Source: Raja brachyura (Eukaryota). From it: a stretch of DNA of 64,000 nucleotides. Below are positions 11,161 through 23,779 of this stretch, piece after piece. The notes below the pieces were generated by a model. That model made no database searches. It was not told the origin of the DNA and was given only the letters and a program-made list of their open reading frames with translations. How positions within the stretch are numbered: position 1 is the stretch's first letter; the number at the start of each line of letters is the position of its first letter. The translations under genes and the position numbers were made by a program. The stretch is taken from positions 24,428,001 to 24,492,000 of the forward strand of contig OY740809.1 of assembly GCA_963514005.1 (NCBI GenBank), read 5' to 3'.

Positions 11161-12861
11161 GAATTCACTGCAAAATCTCCTCAATGAGTCTGAAAAAGGG
11201 CACCGTCCCAAAAGCTCATCTACTCATTTCCCTCAACAGAATGTTGCCTGGTCCACTGAGTTCAGCAGTTTGTTTTTTGCTCACGATTTCAACATCGGCA
11301 GTCTCTTGGGCCTAGTTATTTTGAATGTTATTTAATGGAGCACAACATTTGAAATTAAATGATTTCCTTGTGTCCATGCCTATGCAGCCGTCAACGAACA
11401 TAAATGAGAGTAGAAACAAGGATGCTGGTTTACAAATGAGAACATAGAGCTAGAGTAACTCAGCGGGTCAGGTTGCATCATGGATAGGTGACTTTTCAGG
11501 TCGGTAGAAGGTCCATAATTGAGAGAAATCCATTGAAGTAAATTCCAGACAGAGAACCTTAAACTGATTTTAACTGCCTCTCATATACCTCATTCGATCA
11601 TCTCCTCTCACATTAATATTCCCTTTGTCCCACCTCTCCTCTCCCCTACTTTCTTTTCCATCTGAAATTACGTTTATCTCTGTTTTCCAGTTCCGATGAA
11701 GGGTCGACGATCTGAAATATTAACCATTCCTTTTTACACGAGTGCTGCCTTGCTTGCCGAGTTTATCCAGAGTTTTCAGTTTTTATTTCAGTTTTCCAGC
11801 GCTGCATTTTTAAAATATTTTCATTGACATGAGTTTGGTTCGATGGAGTAGTGTGAAGCCTGCAATGGAAAATTAACAGCCTTATTATTGTAGCTCTCCT
11901 GATTTTTCTTCCTGTTCACCTGGAGGGATTAATTTCCCCATTGCAGATCAATGACACCCTTTGGTACTTTTGGTACTGTGTCAAAGAATTCACATCACAA
12001 TGCATAAAAATGTTATATTTACAGAGGTCGTTCATCCCATCATGTCTATGCTACAATGTATAAAAGCATTCAACTGGGTCCACTTTCCCCATCCTTTCTC
12101 CATTAGTCCTGCACTTCTATCCTTTCAAGTACTCATCTCCTTCACTTTTCAATGCCACAATTAAAGCTGCCTCCACTACTCGTTGGATTCCAACCACCAA
12201 CTGTGTTAAAAAACTTTTTCCACATGTCACCTTTTGTTCTTTTTGCAAATTACCTTCATTTCATGTCCTTTAGTTACTGAACGTTCCATCAATGGGAACT
12301 GATTTGTTCTATTTACCCAGGCTAGATCCTTCCTGAACTTAAATGCCCCCATTAGACTCCTCTGCAATCTCATTTGATTCAAAGGGAACCCAGTCATGCA
12401 AAGAAAGTGTCAGTGTATGACAGGTTAATGAGTCCATTTGCACCTTTGCAAATGCAACCCTTCACAAATGTGTCAGTTTCACACCTTGTACTTCACTAAA
12501 ATGTGCAGCTTAGTGCAATTGTCAGTGTTTGCAGAATTTTCCATCAGTTTAATTTAGTGATAGCTACTGATCTCAAATATGTGCCTTATTAACAATAGTG
12601 AGAATAAACTGGCTGGAAAGTTTAAATAAACTATTTTCCTGGCTACGGAATTATCAAGGAGTTCATGGCTGCCAGCTAAAACCGCTGATTTGAAGCAGCA
12701 CAACGTTCTTAGCACAACTCCGTCATTGAAAATTGATTTTGAAAAGCAGTGAACGAGTGGAGATATTATTTCACCCCCAGAATAAATCATGTTCATTAAG
12801 AGTGATGTGGAACTATTTGGTTGTTTTGGAGAATTCAGGAGCTTGAATAAGAGGTGCCGCT

Positions 12862-13497
12862 CATGAAAGCCATCTCGAGGCCTTCTCCACTGCCTCTGTG
12901 GTGTTCTTGATGGCTCTTCTCCTCTACATTCCGTTGATGCCCAGTGCACTGAAGGCTTTGTAGAGCGATTGCCCTGCAAAACTTCTACATCCAACCTCGA
13001 TGGGCATACACCTTGCCTTCCAGCCCTGCTTACGGCAGTCTATGACCAGCTCTTCGTACTTGGTCTTCCTCCTCTCGTGGGCCTCCTCCAGACGGTCCTC
13101 CCACGGCACTGTCAGTTCCAGCAAGACGATGTTTTTGGTCGCCTCTGAGACCAGAAGGATATCTGGCCTCAGGGTGGTCGTGGCAATCTGCTGTGGGAAC
13201 TTCAGCTGTTTCACCAGGTCTACAGAAAGCTGCCAGTCCTGCACAGTCGCAGGATTCCTGACGGGTTCCTGGCTGCTGTGGTTCTTGGCAGGTGCACTCT
13301 GGCCTTCACGAAGGTGATCATCTGGGTGGTGGGCCGTGCTCGTCTGCAGCTGCTGATTTCCATGCTGATGGCTTCTGCAATGGGGTTAAGAGCCTGGTCG
13401 TGACGCCAGGTGTACCGGCCCAGCCCAAGAGCCTTTGGGCAGCAGCTCATGATGTGTTCCAACGTCCCCTTGCCTGAGCATTGTGGGCAATCTGGAG
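12862..13497 (-). mobile_element. Hero-like (R2-group, RLE-bearing) non-LTR retrotransposon C-terminal fragment
   Basis: CCHC knuckle CPQC...TLEHIMSCC, YTWRHDQ, then (after a frameshift) LRPDILL...LLELTVPWE...KTKYEEL...PIEVGCR, a PD-(D/E)xK restriction-like endonuclease. Confidence 0.88.
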
Positions 13498-13595
13498 ATT
13501 TCTGGTTAAATATTCCTTCTGGGAATTTACCACATGACATTTTGAAAGGTGTTTAAAATTTATTTAGTAATAATGTCTGATAAATAATAAATAAT

Positions 13596-13712
13596 TCAGT
13601 CTTAAGAAGGGTACCGACCCAAAACATCACCTATCAATTCCTTCCACAGATGCTGTGTGACCCGTTGAATTTATCCATCCTCATGTTTCCAGCATCTGCA
13701 GTTCCCTGTGTC
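13596..13712 (+). repeat. Penelope-derived short repeat, degenerate hammerhead
   Basis: cttaagaagggtaccgacccaaaacatcacc...agatgctg...ccagcatctgcagttcc. Confidence 0.7.
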
Positions 13713-13831
13713 CCCTTAAAAATAAAGTAAGTCTCACAACAATTTGATTATGAGCGCATTTAATTTGAATGTCAAAACAATATATTTACTTCCATTAGCT
13801 TCCAGTGCATTTAGCATAGATGAAGATAGTA

Positions 13832-14035
13832 CTGAAGATAGATACAAAATGTTGGAGTAACTCAACGGGGCAGGTAACATCTCTGGAGAAAAGGAATCTT
13901 CAGAATCTGAAGAAAGGTTCCGATCCAAAACATCACCTATTCTTTTCCTCCCGAGATGCTACCTGACCCGCTGATTTACTCCAGCATTTTGTGTCTGTCT
14001 TCGGTGTAAATCGGCATCTGCAGTTCTTTCCTATA
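13832..14035. repeat. Palindromic head-to-head Penelope-derived repeat
   Basis: The 13832-13903 arm is the reverse complement of the 13906-14003 arm; CTGAAGA box at 13907-13913. Confidence 0.8.
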
Positions 14036-14083
14036 CATAGAATAGTATTGCATTTATTGGAAATTAAATGAAAGTGAATTATC

Positions 14084-15107
14084 TAGGTATGTTACAAAAC
14101 TTACCTTTAGCGGCACTGCAGTTCTGCCACTGCCCGTGTGCACGACTTTGGCGCCTTTGAGAGGGGGGCGGGTTTAAAATGCCGTTTACTCCAGACCATT
14201 CAAATTGATTAATCTCTGGGGATTTAGTTGCTGAAGAGAAATCGCTCTGACATTTGTTTTATGGAGGTATTTCTAAACTACGCTGAATAATTTAATTGCT
14301 AGAGTGAATTCAAAATCATCTTCTAAAGCCGTGAACACCGACAACGGGACGGATCTTACGTAGGGGACAAAAGACGTAAAAAACGTGCTTCTTAGGATGC
14401 CTTTAATCAAAATTTCATGTTGCGAAAAGGTGACTTAAAAAATATACGAACCGGCAGTATTTTTCCTGCCGACTGGGGGTTAAATTCACCGCAAACCGCA
14501 ACGTTCCAAACGATCGCGTTCCACAAAAACCCACTCGCAAGTTGATTTAAATGGCCATTAATTTATGGGAATTAAACACTAAATTCCTTCAATTTGGCAT
14601 ATAAATTCATGACAATGAGATTTTAAAATCATGTTATATTGTGAATTCTTGTGTGAATGTTATTTGGACACTTAGGCTTTTTAAAAATGTTAACCTTTTC
14701 TTAAGAAATTGATAGATGTTTAGATCTAGTAATTGAATTTTGTAATTAGCTACAATTAGGTAACTAGCTAATTATATGCTTTAATTTCAGGTCATCCAAG
14801 TAAGATTATTTCATATTTGTTCCAGAATGTTTCAATCTATAATAACTGAAAATTTCATTCAGTTCTCTTAATTTTTAAGAAAGTTGTGGCGCTTTTGACT
14901 GTCCTTGATCACAGCCTTTGTATTAAGTCAATGGAAAAGCAATAGGGAACAAGATGTTAATTTCTGAGTATGACAATGGCCATAACTTTTTTAATACTGA
15001 AGATATGAAAGTGATTAGGTGTCAAATTAAACTTCTTTTTACGCTTTATCCGATGGGATAAATTGCAGACTTGATTTTTTTAATCTCAAAATTTTGTAAC
15101 GTTGCTA
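14084..15107. mobile_element. Non-autonomous DNA transposon, TAG...CTA termini, 7-bp TSD
   Basis: Imperfect TIRs TAGGTATGTTACAAAA / TTTTGTAACGTTGCTA, flanked by AATTATC on both sides (14077-14083, 15108-15114). A second partial copy lies at 29215-29410. Confidence 0.8.
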
Positions 15108-15423
15108 AATTATCCTGATATTTTGCTGTATCCTTGAATCTGTTGTTCCGCTTAGTGAATCTAAACGTTTTATAGTAGCAGCAATCTTAAGGTAGAATAG
15201 CGTACACTGCATGCGTGAGAACAGATATGTCTCTTTTCAGCCCCATCTGCCCATCATCCACCCAGTACTCCCATCTGATTCCACCTAACACCTATTCGTT
15301 TCTGCACCACCCCTCCCTAGTACTGATATCTACTAACAGAATTAACTGCTGTATTATCAGTACGAGGAGGCTGAGGAGAGGAGGCTACGCAAATTGCTGG
15401 AGAGGGAGAGACGAAAGAAGGAG

Positions 15424-16342
15424 ATGTCAAGCAAGCTGATTCAGTGTGATGCTTGCAGTATGTGGGAGGTCAAGGACACTGCTGGTGCCTCTGGCTGCTA
15501 CAAATGTGAGAAGTGCATCCAGGTACAGCTCCTGAAGGACCGTGTTGGGGAACTGGAGAAGCAAGTGGATGACCTCAGGTTCGTCCTAGAAACGGAGTCG
15601 TTCCTATACAAGTCCTACAGTGAGATTGTTACACCTAAGGTACTGGACGGGAGAAAGTGGGTGACGGTGTGAAAGGGAGGGAATCTTGGAATGCAAAGGT
15701 CCCCGGGTGTTGTACCTCTTGTGAACAGGTTCACCCACTTAGAAGCTGTCCGGACAGAAGACGTTAAAACACTGAGCGGCGGACTGGCTTGCAAAGCAAA
15801 AAGGGCTGTTGAGCCAAAACCAAAGAGGCCAACGTCAGGCAACGCCATTGTAGTTGGAGACTCCATTGTGAGAGGTACGGACAGGGATTTCTGCGGCACA
15901 GACGGGATTCGAGGATGGTGTGCTGCCTTCCTGGTGCCAGGATCCAGGATGTCATGGACAGAGTGCAGAAAATCCTCAAGGGCGAAGGTGAACAGTGGTG
16001 GTGCATGTCGGCACAAACGATGTCGGAAAGAAGGGGATGAATATTCTGCGGCGTTACTTTAGAGTGCTCGGAAAAATGCTGAAGAGCAGGATATCCAGGG
16101 TTGTTATTTCCAGTTTGCTTCCAGTTCCTCATGCTGGCGAGAGCAGGAACAGGGAGATGCGGGACCTGAAGGTGTGGCTGAGGAACTGGTGCAGGGGGCA
16201 GGGATTTAGATTCTTAGATCACTGGGATCTGTTTTGGAGTAAGGGGGAACTGTACAAAAGGGACGGACTGCATCTTCACTGGTGGGGGACCAGCATTCTG
16301 ACAGGCAGGTTTGCCACTGCTACACAGTTGGTTTTAAACTGA
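15424..16342 (+). pseudogene. CR1 ORF1 (zinc finger, coiled coil, SGNH esterase), disrupted
   Basis: CDAC...CEKC, then VVGDSIVRG, VVHVGTND and RDGLHL (SGNH blocks); contains a stop and frameshifts. Confidence 0.9.
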
Positions 16343-16500
16343 ATAAGGGGGGGTGGGGTGTCAAATGGGATAGTCCACGGTGGAGTTAAAGGGAAAGAGA
16401 GTAAAGGGTGGTTAATGATCCCAGAATTAACGGGAAAGGAAGCTCACAAAGGGATAGGAGAGTATGGCCAAGTGTAATAGTGATCGATGTGAAAGGTGAG

Positions 16501-17910
16501 ATGCGTAAGGAAATAAAAGTATTGTATATGAATGCATGAAGTATAAGAAGTAAATTAGGTGAGCTTGAGGCTCAGTTAGAGGTTGGTAGATATGACATTG
16601 TGGGGATTACTGAGAAGTGGCTGCAGGAAGATCGGGCCTGGGAACTTAATATTCATGGTTATACATCCTATAGAAAGGATAGGCAGTTGGGCAGAGGAGG
16701 GGGGGTAGCTCTGTTGGTGAGGGATGGAATTCAGTCCCTTGCGAAGGAAGACATACGGACTGACGAGGTAGAGTCACTGTGGATTGAGTTGAGGAATTGT
16801 AAAGGCAAGAAGACACTAATGGTGTTATATACAGACCCCCAAATAGTAGCCCGGATGTAGGGTGTAAGTTGCAGCAGGAGTTAATACTGGCATGTAACAA
16901 AGGTAATGCCACTGTGGTGATGGGGGATTTCAATATTCAGGTAGACTGGGAAAATCAGGTTGGTTCAGGACCCCAAGAAAGAGAGTTTGTAGAATGCCTC
17001 CGAGATGGATTCTTAGAGTAGCTTGTAATGGAGCCGACCAGAGAAAAGGCAATTCTGGATTTAGTGTTGTCCAATGAACCAAATATGATAAGAGAGCTCG
17101 AGGTAAAGGAACCGCTTGGAGGCAGTGATCATAATATGATTAGTTTTAATCTGCAATTTGAGAAAGAGAATGTTAAATCGGAAGTGGCAGTGATGCAGTT
17201 GAACAAAGGGGACTATGAAGGCATGAGAGGGGAGCTGGCCAAAGTAGACTGGAAAGGGATCCTAGCAGGAATGACGGTGGAACAGCAATGGCAGGAATTT
17301 CTGGGCATAATCCGGAAGACGCAGGATCATTTCATTCCAAAAAAGAAGAAAGATGCTATGGGAATTAGGAGGCAACCGTGGCTGACAAGAGAAGTTAGGG
17401 ATAGAATAAAACTAAAAGAAAAGATGTATAACACAGCAAAGAGTAGCCGGAGGCCAGAGGATTGGGAAACTTTCATAGGACAATAGAAGAAAACAAAACG
17501 GGCAATACGGGCTGAAAAGATGAAGTATGAGGGGAAGCTGGTCAGGAATATAAAGAAGGACAGTGAAAGCTTCTTTAGATATGTTAAGGGAAAACGAGTA
17601 GCAAAGTCAAAGGGAACCCTTGAAGGCAGACACAGGTGAAATTATTATGGGCAACAAGGAAATGACAAAAGAGTTGAATAGGTACTTCGGATCTGTCTTC
17701 ACTAAGGAGGACACAAACAATCTCCCAGATGTACTGGAGGACAGAGGATGTAAGGGGGTAGAGGAACTTAAATAAATTTTCATTGGGCGAGAAATAGTAC
17801 TGGGTAGGCTAATGGGACTGAAGGATGATAAATCCCCTGGGCCTGATGGTCTGCATCCCAGGGTCCTTAGGGAGGTGGCTCTAGAAATAGTGGACGCATT
17901 GGTGATCATT
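16501..17910 (+). pseudogene. CR1 ORF2 APE endonuclease and linker, disrupted
   Basis: GITE.WL, RKDR..GRGGGVALLV, MGDFN, PTREKAILDLVL, LGGSDH and KSPGPDGLHP. Confidence 0.92.
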
Positions 17911-17990
17911 TGTGGTCCATTATTACCTCTTTAATAATTGACTCCAGCATCTTTCCCACCACCGAAATCAGGCTAACAGGTCTGTAATTC

Positions 17991-19903
17991 TCAAAGCTCA
18001 GGCTCAAGATGGCGCCTGCCTGCGGCGACGTTTGCGGAGCTCCAGGACATAAAAGGCTCATCTACAACTCTCAACAATTTACCTGCATCAGGGAAACGGC
18101 AGTAACCGGTGCCATTTCAGACAGGCTGCTTGGGCAGCTGAAAGCGCTGGCAATTTTGCGATCTCTCGCAGCTGCGGGAGCCCTGGACTTTAAATTTTCC
18201 CACGCTGGTTGTGAAACTCCCGACCCAACTGAGGAACCCAGGTACGGCACCTGGAACCCTGGGATGATCTCCAGAGCCGACGGGCTGGATATCCCAGAAA
18301 AAATGAAGCTGGAGCTGCTGACTCTGAGGGAACCCCCGTTCATTACGGAGCTGGAGCTGCCATCTGTGAGGGAATCCCCGTTCCAGCACAGGTCCGCAGA
18401 AACAGCAGGTACAGTCAACCCAGTACCTGGAAACAAAGGGGAAGCCTCCATTGTGTCCGGAAACTTGGCCGGCGGGCAGGACGTCCGGTCAGACTGAAGC
18501 GCAGGGGACTTCGGCCCCCTCTTATACTCTCCTACTGGCCAATGTACAGTCCCTTGAAAATAAAGTGGAGGACTTAAGGGCAAAGCTGCTTTATCAAAGG
18601 GAGCTGAGGGAATGCTCTGTGTTCTGTATCATAGAGACATAGCTCACCCCCAGATCCCCAGACTCAGCGGTCCAGCCTGAAGGGTTCTCCATCCACCGCA
18701 TGGACCGTACACTGGCATCGGGGAAAGGGAGAGGAGGGGGCGTCTGCCTCATGGTCAACTCTGCGTGGTGCTCAGACGTGGCAGTCCTGTCCAACTCCTG
18801 CTCTCCACATCTCAAACATCAGTACTGAGCTGGTCAGGGGGGAGGGCAGAGGAAAAACTATAAGACTGTTTGGAGTCTGTAGACTGGGCTATGTTCAAGG
18901 ACTCGGCAACGAACTTGAATGAATACGCCACAGTCGTTACAGACTTCATTAAGAAATGTATGGAGGACTGCATCCCTACAAAAACCTTCCGAGTGTTTCA
19001 CAATCAGAACCCTTGGATGAACTGTGAGATCCGCACTCTTCTGACGACCAGACATCGGGCATTCATGTCTGATGATACAGTGGTCTACACGAAGTCCAGA
19101 TACGACCTTGGTAAGGCCATCAAAAAAGGCCAAAAGGGAGTTCTGCTCCAAACTGGAGGATGAGACAGATGTTCTGTTTATTTAAAAGTTCTGTTCTGTT
19201 TAAAAGTCCTGTTTATGTCAACGGGTTGATGGTTGAAAGGGTCAAGAGCTTCAAATTCCTGGGCGTGCACATCTGTGAAGATCTTTCCTGGTCCGAGAAC
19301 ACAGATGCAATTATTAAGAAAGCTCATCAGCGCCTCTACTTCCTGAGATGATTACGGAGAGTCGGTCTGTCAAGGAGGACACCTCTAACTTTTACAAGTA
19401 CACAGTAAAGAGCATGCTGACCGGTTGCATCGTGGCTTGGTTCGGCAACTTGAGTGCCTGGAGAGGAAAAGTCTACAAAAAGTAGTAAACACTGTCCAGT
19501 CCATTATCGGCTCTGACCTTCCTTCCATCGAGGGGATCTACCACAGTCGCTGCCTCAAAAAGGCTGGGAGCATCATCAAGGACCCACACCATCCTGGCCA
19601 CACACTCATCTCCCTGCTACCTTCGGGTAGAAGGTACAGGAGCCTGAGAACTGCAACGACCCGGTTCAGGAATAGCTACCTCCCCACAGCAATCAAGCTA
19701 TTAAACTTGGCTCAGACAAAACTCTGAAAATTAATACCCCTCCACCTGTTATTTGCACTTTATTAATTTATTAATTAATGTGCGTATTTACGTATATAAT
19801 TGTAGTCAATGTCTACTATGTTCTGTTGTGCTATGCAAAGAAAGAATTTCATTGTCCTGTCAGGGACACATGACAATAAATTCTTTTGACTTTGACTTTG
19901 ACT
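17991..19903 (+). mobile_element. Internally deleted Rex1/Babar LINE with 8-bp TSD
   Basis: TSD TGTAATTC at 17983-17990 and 19904-19911. APE start LLLANVQSLENK; ESVDWAMFKD linker; C-terminus FKFLGVHI..DLSWS..KKAHQRLYFLR..LLPSGRRYRS. AATAAA plus (GACTTT)n tail; RT core absent. Confidence 0.9.
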
Positions 19904-20364
19904 TGTAATTCCCCGTTTTCTCTCTCGCTCCTTTCGTGAAAAGTGGGATAACATTAGCTATCCTCCAATCCACAGGAACTGATCCTGAATCTATTGAACA
20001 CATTGGAGGATAGCTAATGTTATCCCACTTTTCAAGAAAGGAGCGAGAAAGAAAACGGGGAATTACAGACCTGTTAACCTGACTTCGGTGGTGGGAAAGA
20101 TGCTGGAGTCAATTATTAAAGAGGCATTTGGATAGCAGTAAAAGGATTAGTCCAAGTCAACATGGATTTATGAAAGGGAAATCATGCTTGACTGATCTTC
20201 TGGAATCTTTTGAGGATGTGACAAGTAAAATGGATGAAGGGGTGCCAGTGGATGTAGTGTATCTAGACTTTCAGAAAGCCTTTGATGAGGTCCCGCACGG
20301 GAGACTGGTGACTAAAATTAGAGCACATGTTATTGGGGGTAGGGTGTTGACATGGATAGAAAAT

Positions 20365-23300
20365 ACTCTCAATGTAGACTCAATCCTCAAATTTTAAATG
20401 ACGAGGCTTGTTATGATTATCTGGTAAAACAGATTAAATTGTTTTTTGAGACTAATGACGAACCTGGAATTTCCCCGTCACTTCTTTGGGACACATTTAA
20501 AGCCTTTATGCGTGGTGCTATAATATCTGCGCAAGCACACCGTAATAAGGAAAACCGAAAGATGCAACAAACTTTAGAAAATGAAATAAAGCAATTAGAT
20601 ATTGAAAATGCAATATCTCCATCTAAGGTGATATATAATAAAATTGCAATATTAAAATATAAGCTAAATAAAATATACTCAAATCATGTTATAAAACCTT
20701 TTTCAACAGACTAAACAAGTACATTTTGAATTCGGTGATAAACCACAAAAATTATTGTCACGCCAGCTTAGAAAATCAGACGTGGAAAAAATGATATATA
20801 AAGAACAAGGAGAAATATTAACTTTACCAAAAGATATTAATGACAGATTTCTGCACTACTATCAAAAACTTTACTCAACTAAACTGACGGGACAACCGGA
20901 TGGAATGGAAACATTCCTACATGAATGTCATATTAAAGGTTTAGATCAGGAAGGCAGAGATTTGTTAGATGCTGAAATATCAGTAAAAGACATTGAGGAA
21001 TCAATCAGATCGTTGAAAAATGGAAAAGCTGCTGGCCCTGATGGCCTAAGTGTTGAATTTTATAAGAAGTTTCACGACTTGATTTCCCCACGTTTACAAG
21101 CAATGTATAAATATGCTTACGAACAAGGAAAGTTACCAGAAACTCTAAATTAGTCTACAATCACACTCATTCCTAAAGTAGATAAGGATCTGGAAGATCC
21201 TGGATCATATAGAGCAATTGCTCTTCTAAACACTGATCAAAAAATATTAACTAAAATGTTATCTCAAAGATTAAGTTTAGTGATTAATAAATTAATACAT
21301 CATGATCAAACAGGCTTTATTCCCAAACGTTATTCCACTTATAACTTGAGACGATTATTCAATATGATATATTCAAAAAGAATTAATGATATTGAATTAG
21401 CTGTCATTTCACTAGATGCGGAAAAAGCATTCGACCAGGTTGAATGGCCTTACTTATTCAAAATAATGCAGAAATTTCAACTGGGGGATAGATTTTGTAA
21501 ATGGGTTATGATTTTATACTCTAACCCAACAGCAAGAATACTAACAAATCAAATGTTATCAGCCAAATTTAATCTCTTTAGGGGTTGTAGACAAGGATGC
21601 CCGTTATCACCCTTATTATTTGCTCTTCCAAACGAACCATTAGCCGAAAGGATTGGATCAGACCCAGAAATATATGGATACAATACCAATACCACAACGA
21701 ATAAAATATCTTTATATGCAGACGATGTCTTAATATATATCACAAAACCGGAGATTAGTATTCCTAATCTACTTAACGTTATAACTAAATTCGGTACATT
21801 TTCAGAATATAGAATTAATTGGAATAAAAGTGAAATTATGCCTATAACTGGAGTAAAATCAAATATATTACAACAATTCCCGTTTAAAATAGTTACAGAC
21901 AAAATATCTAGGAATTAATCTATCCAAATCTTATAATTTTTTATTCAAATTAAATTATCCTCTGTTATTGAATAAACTAAAAAAGAATATTCTATACTGG
22001 AAAACACGATTGGCAGAATCAATGCTATAAAAATGATCTTTTTACCACAATTATTATATTTATTTCAAGCTATCCCTTTATACCTCCCTAAAACTTTTTT
22101 TTTTTAAATCGGTTCTATTGTTAACAACTTTATTTGGGATTATAAAAATCACAGAATAAGTAAAAAACACTTATGTAAATCCAAGATAAATGGAGGATTA
22201 GCGTTACCTAATTTTGTATATTATTTTTGGGCGTTTCAGATTAAGAATATGAATTTTTGGTTGGTAAGAATGGATCAGGAACCAGCTTGGCTAAAGATGG
22301 AAAAGGAACACTGTTTACCGTTTGATATAAGTTAGATTCTTTTTGCTCCAAGTGAAGTACAAAAAAAAACTTACGGGGAAAACCCTATAATTCATAGTAA
22401 TAGACGTATTTGGAAACAAATAGTTAAGACTTTGCATTTGGATAATATGTCACTTTGTTTACCAATTATGAATAATCCCTTATTTAAACCTTCTATATTG
22501 GATAAGGGGTTTAGACACTGGAAAAATGTAGGAATTATAAGGGTAGAACACCTTTACAGGAAAGGAACATTTCTCTCATTTCAAGAGTTAAAAGATATCT
22601 ATGGATTGCACCCAAATAACTTGTTTAGGTATTTACAAATTAGAGACTATATCAAGTCAAATATATCAAGACTATAAGAATAGAGAACCAGGATTACTGA
22701 ATGAATGGCTTAACAAGCACCCAAATACAGAAAAACTAATAGTGTACATATATAATACTCTTTTGGATAGAGAAGTCCAAACAACAGAATCATACCGACA
22801 GATATGGGAAAATGAAATAGGTCTATCTATAATGAAAGACACTTGGGAAGAAAGTTTACAACATATACACCATTGCTCATTAAATGCCAGACATACCTTG
22901 ATACAATTTAAAGTATTACATAGATTATTCAAAAACAAAATTAAATAGAATTTTTCCTAACATTTCTTCTATTTGTGATAAATGTCAGAATTTAGAAGCT
23001 AACTTAATGCATAGCTTTGTAACATGCATACAACTTAATAGTTATTGGGCTGATATTTTTAGAATCATTTCTGAAGTTCTTAAAACTAAATTGGACCCCG
23101 ATCTAAAGCTAATAATATTAGTTCCTGATTCAAGCCTAATATTAACAGTAAGTCAAATAAATTTTCTTGATTACTGTTTGATAATTGGAAAAAAATTAAT
23201 ATTAAAATTCTGGAAGGGAACATTATCCCCCACAATCAAAATGTGGACTGTGGAAATGTTGAAGACGTTGCATTTGGAGAGAATTAGGTTTGTCCTAATG

Positions 23301-23779
23301 GACAAATACGAACTTTTTGAACAAATATGGTCTCCATTCATTGATTATTTAAAGGGGTAGCTGAGCTCAGCATTGTAACTCAATAAGTACCCTGGTGTAG
23401 GATTAGATGAAAAGATGTATTCTGGGATTTGTATACATGTCTCTATAGATATTGTTATTTGAAATTGCCCCATTCATTGTTAAGATGTATACTTCATTTT
23501 TTTATTATATAATAAATTTTTTTTTTTCTTATTTGTTTATTTTTATTATTATTATTATGTTTTTCTTATATAATCATAACTATTATTATTTAATCACCAT
23601 CTCTATTGATTATAGATCTATACTTTTACTTCTTTACTTTCCAAAAAAAAAACAGAAGCATACATAAATTATTCTGTAACATCTGTATAATTTTTGTAAA
23701 AAGTTAATTTTGTATTTGAAGAATTGTTATACTGTGGAAAATATGCATTGCTTCTAATAAAAATACTTAAAAAAAAAAA
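20365..23779 (+). mobile_element. 5'-truncated L1-clade LINE with polyA tail and TSD
   Basis: KAAGPDG, DQTGFIP, SLDAEKAFD, RGCRQGCPLSPLLF, LYADD (21712-21726), GGLALPNF and a C-terminal CDKC..MHSFVTC. Stop at 23360, AATAAA at 23756, polyA. TSD AGAAAAT at 20358-20364 and 23780-23786. Confidence 0.93.

Noticed and set aside
18009-18583. Overlapping 162-aa and 170-aa ORFs on opposite strands
   Set aside because: They lie in the GC-rich 5' region of the Rex1 element with no recognisable domain; not supportable as host genes.
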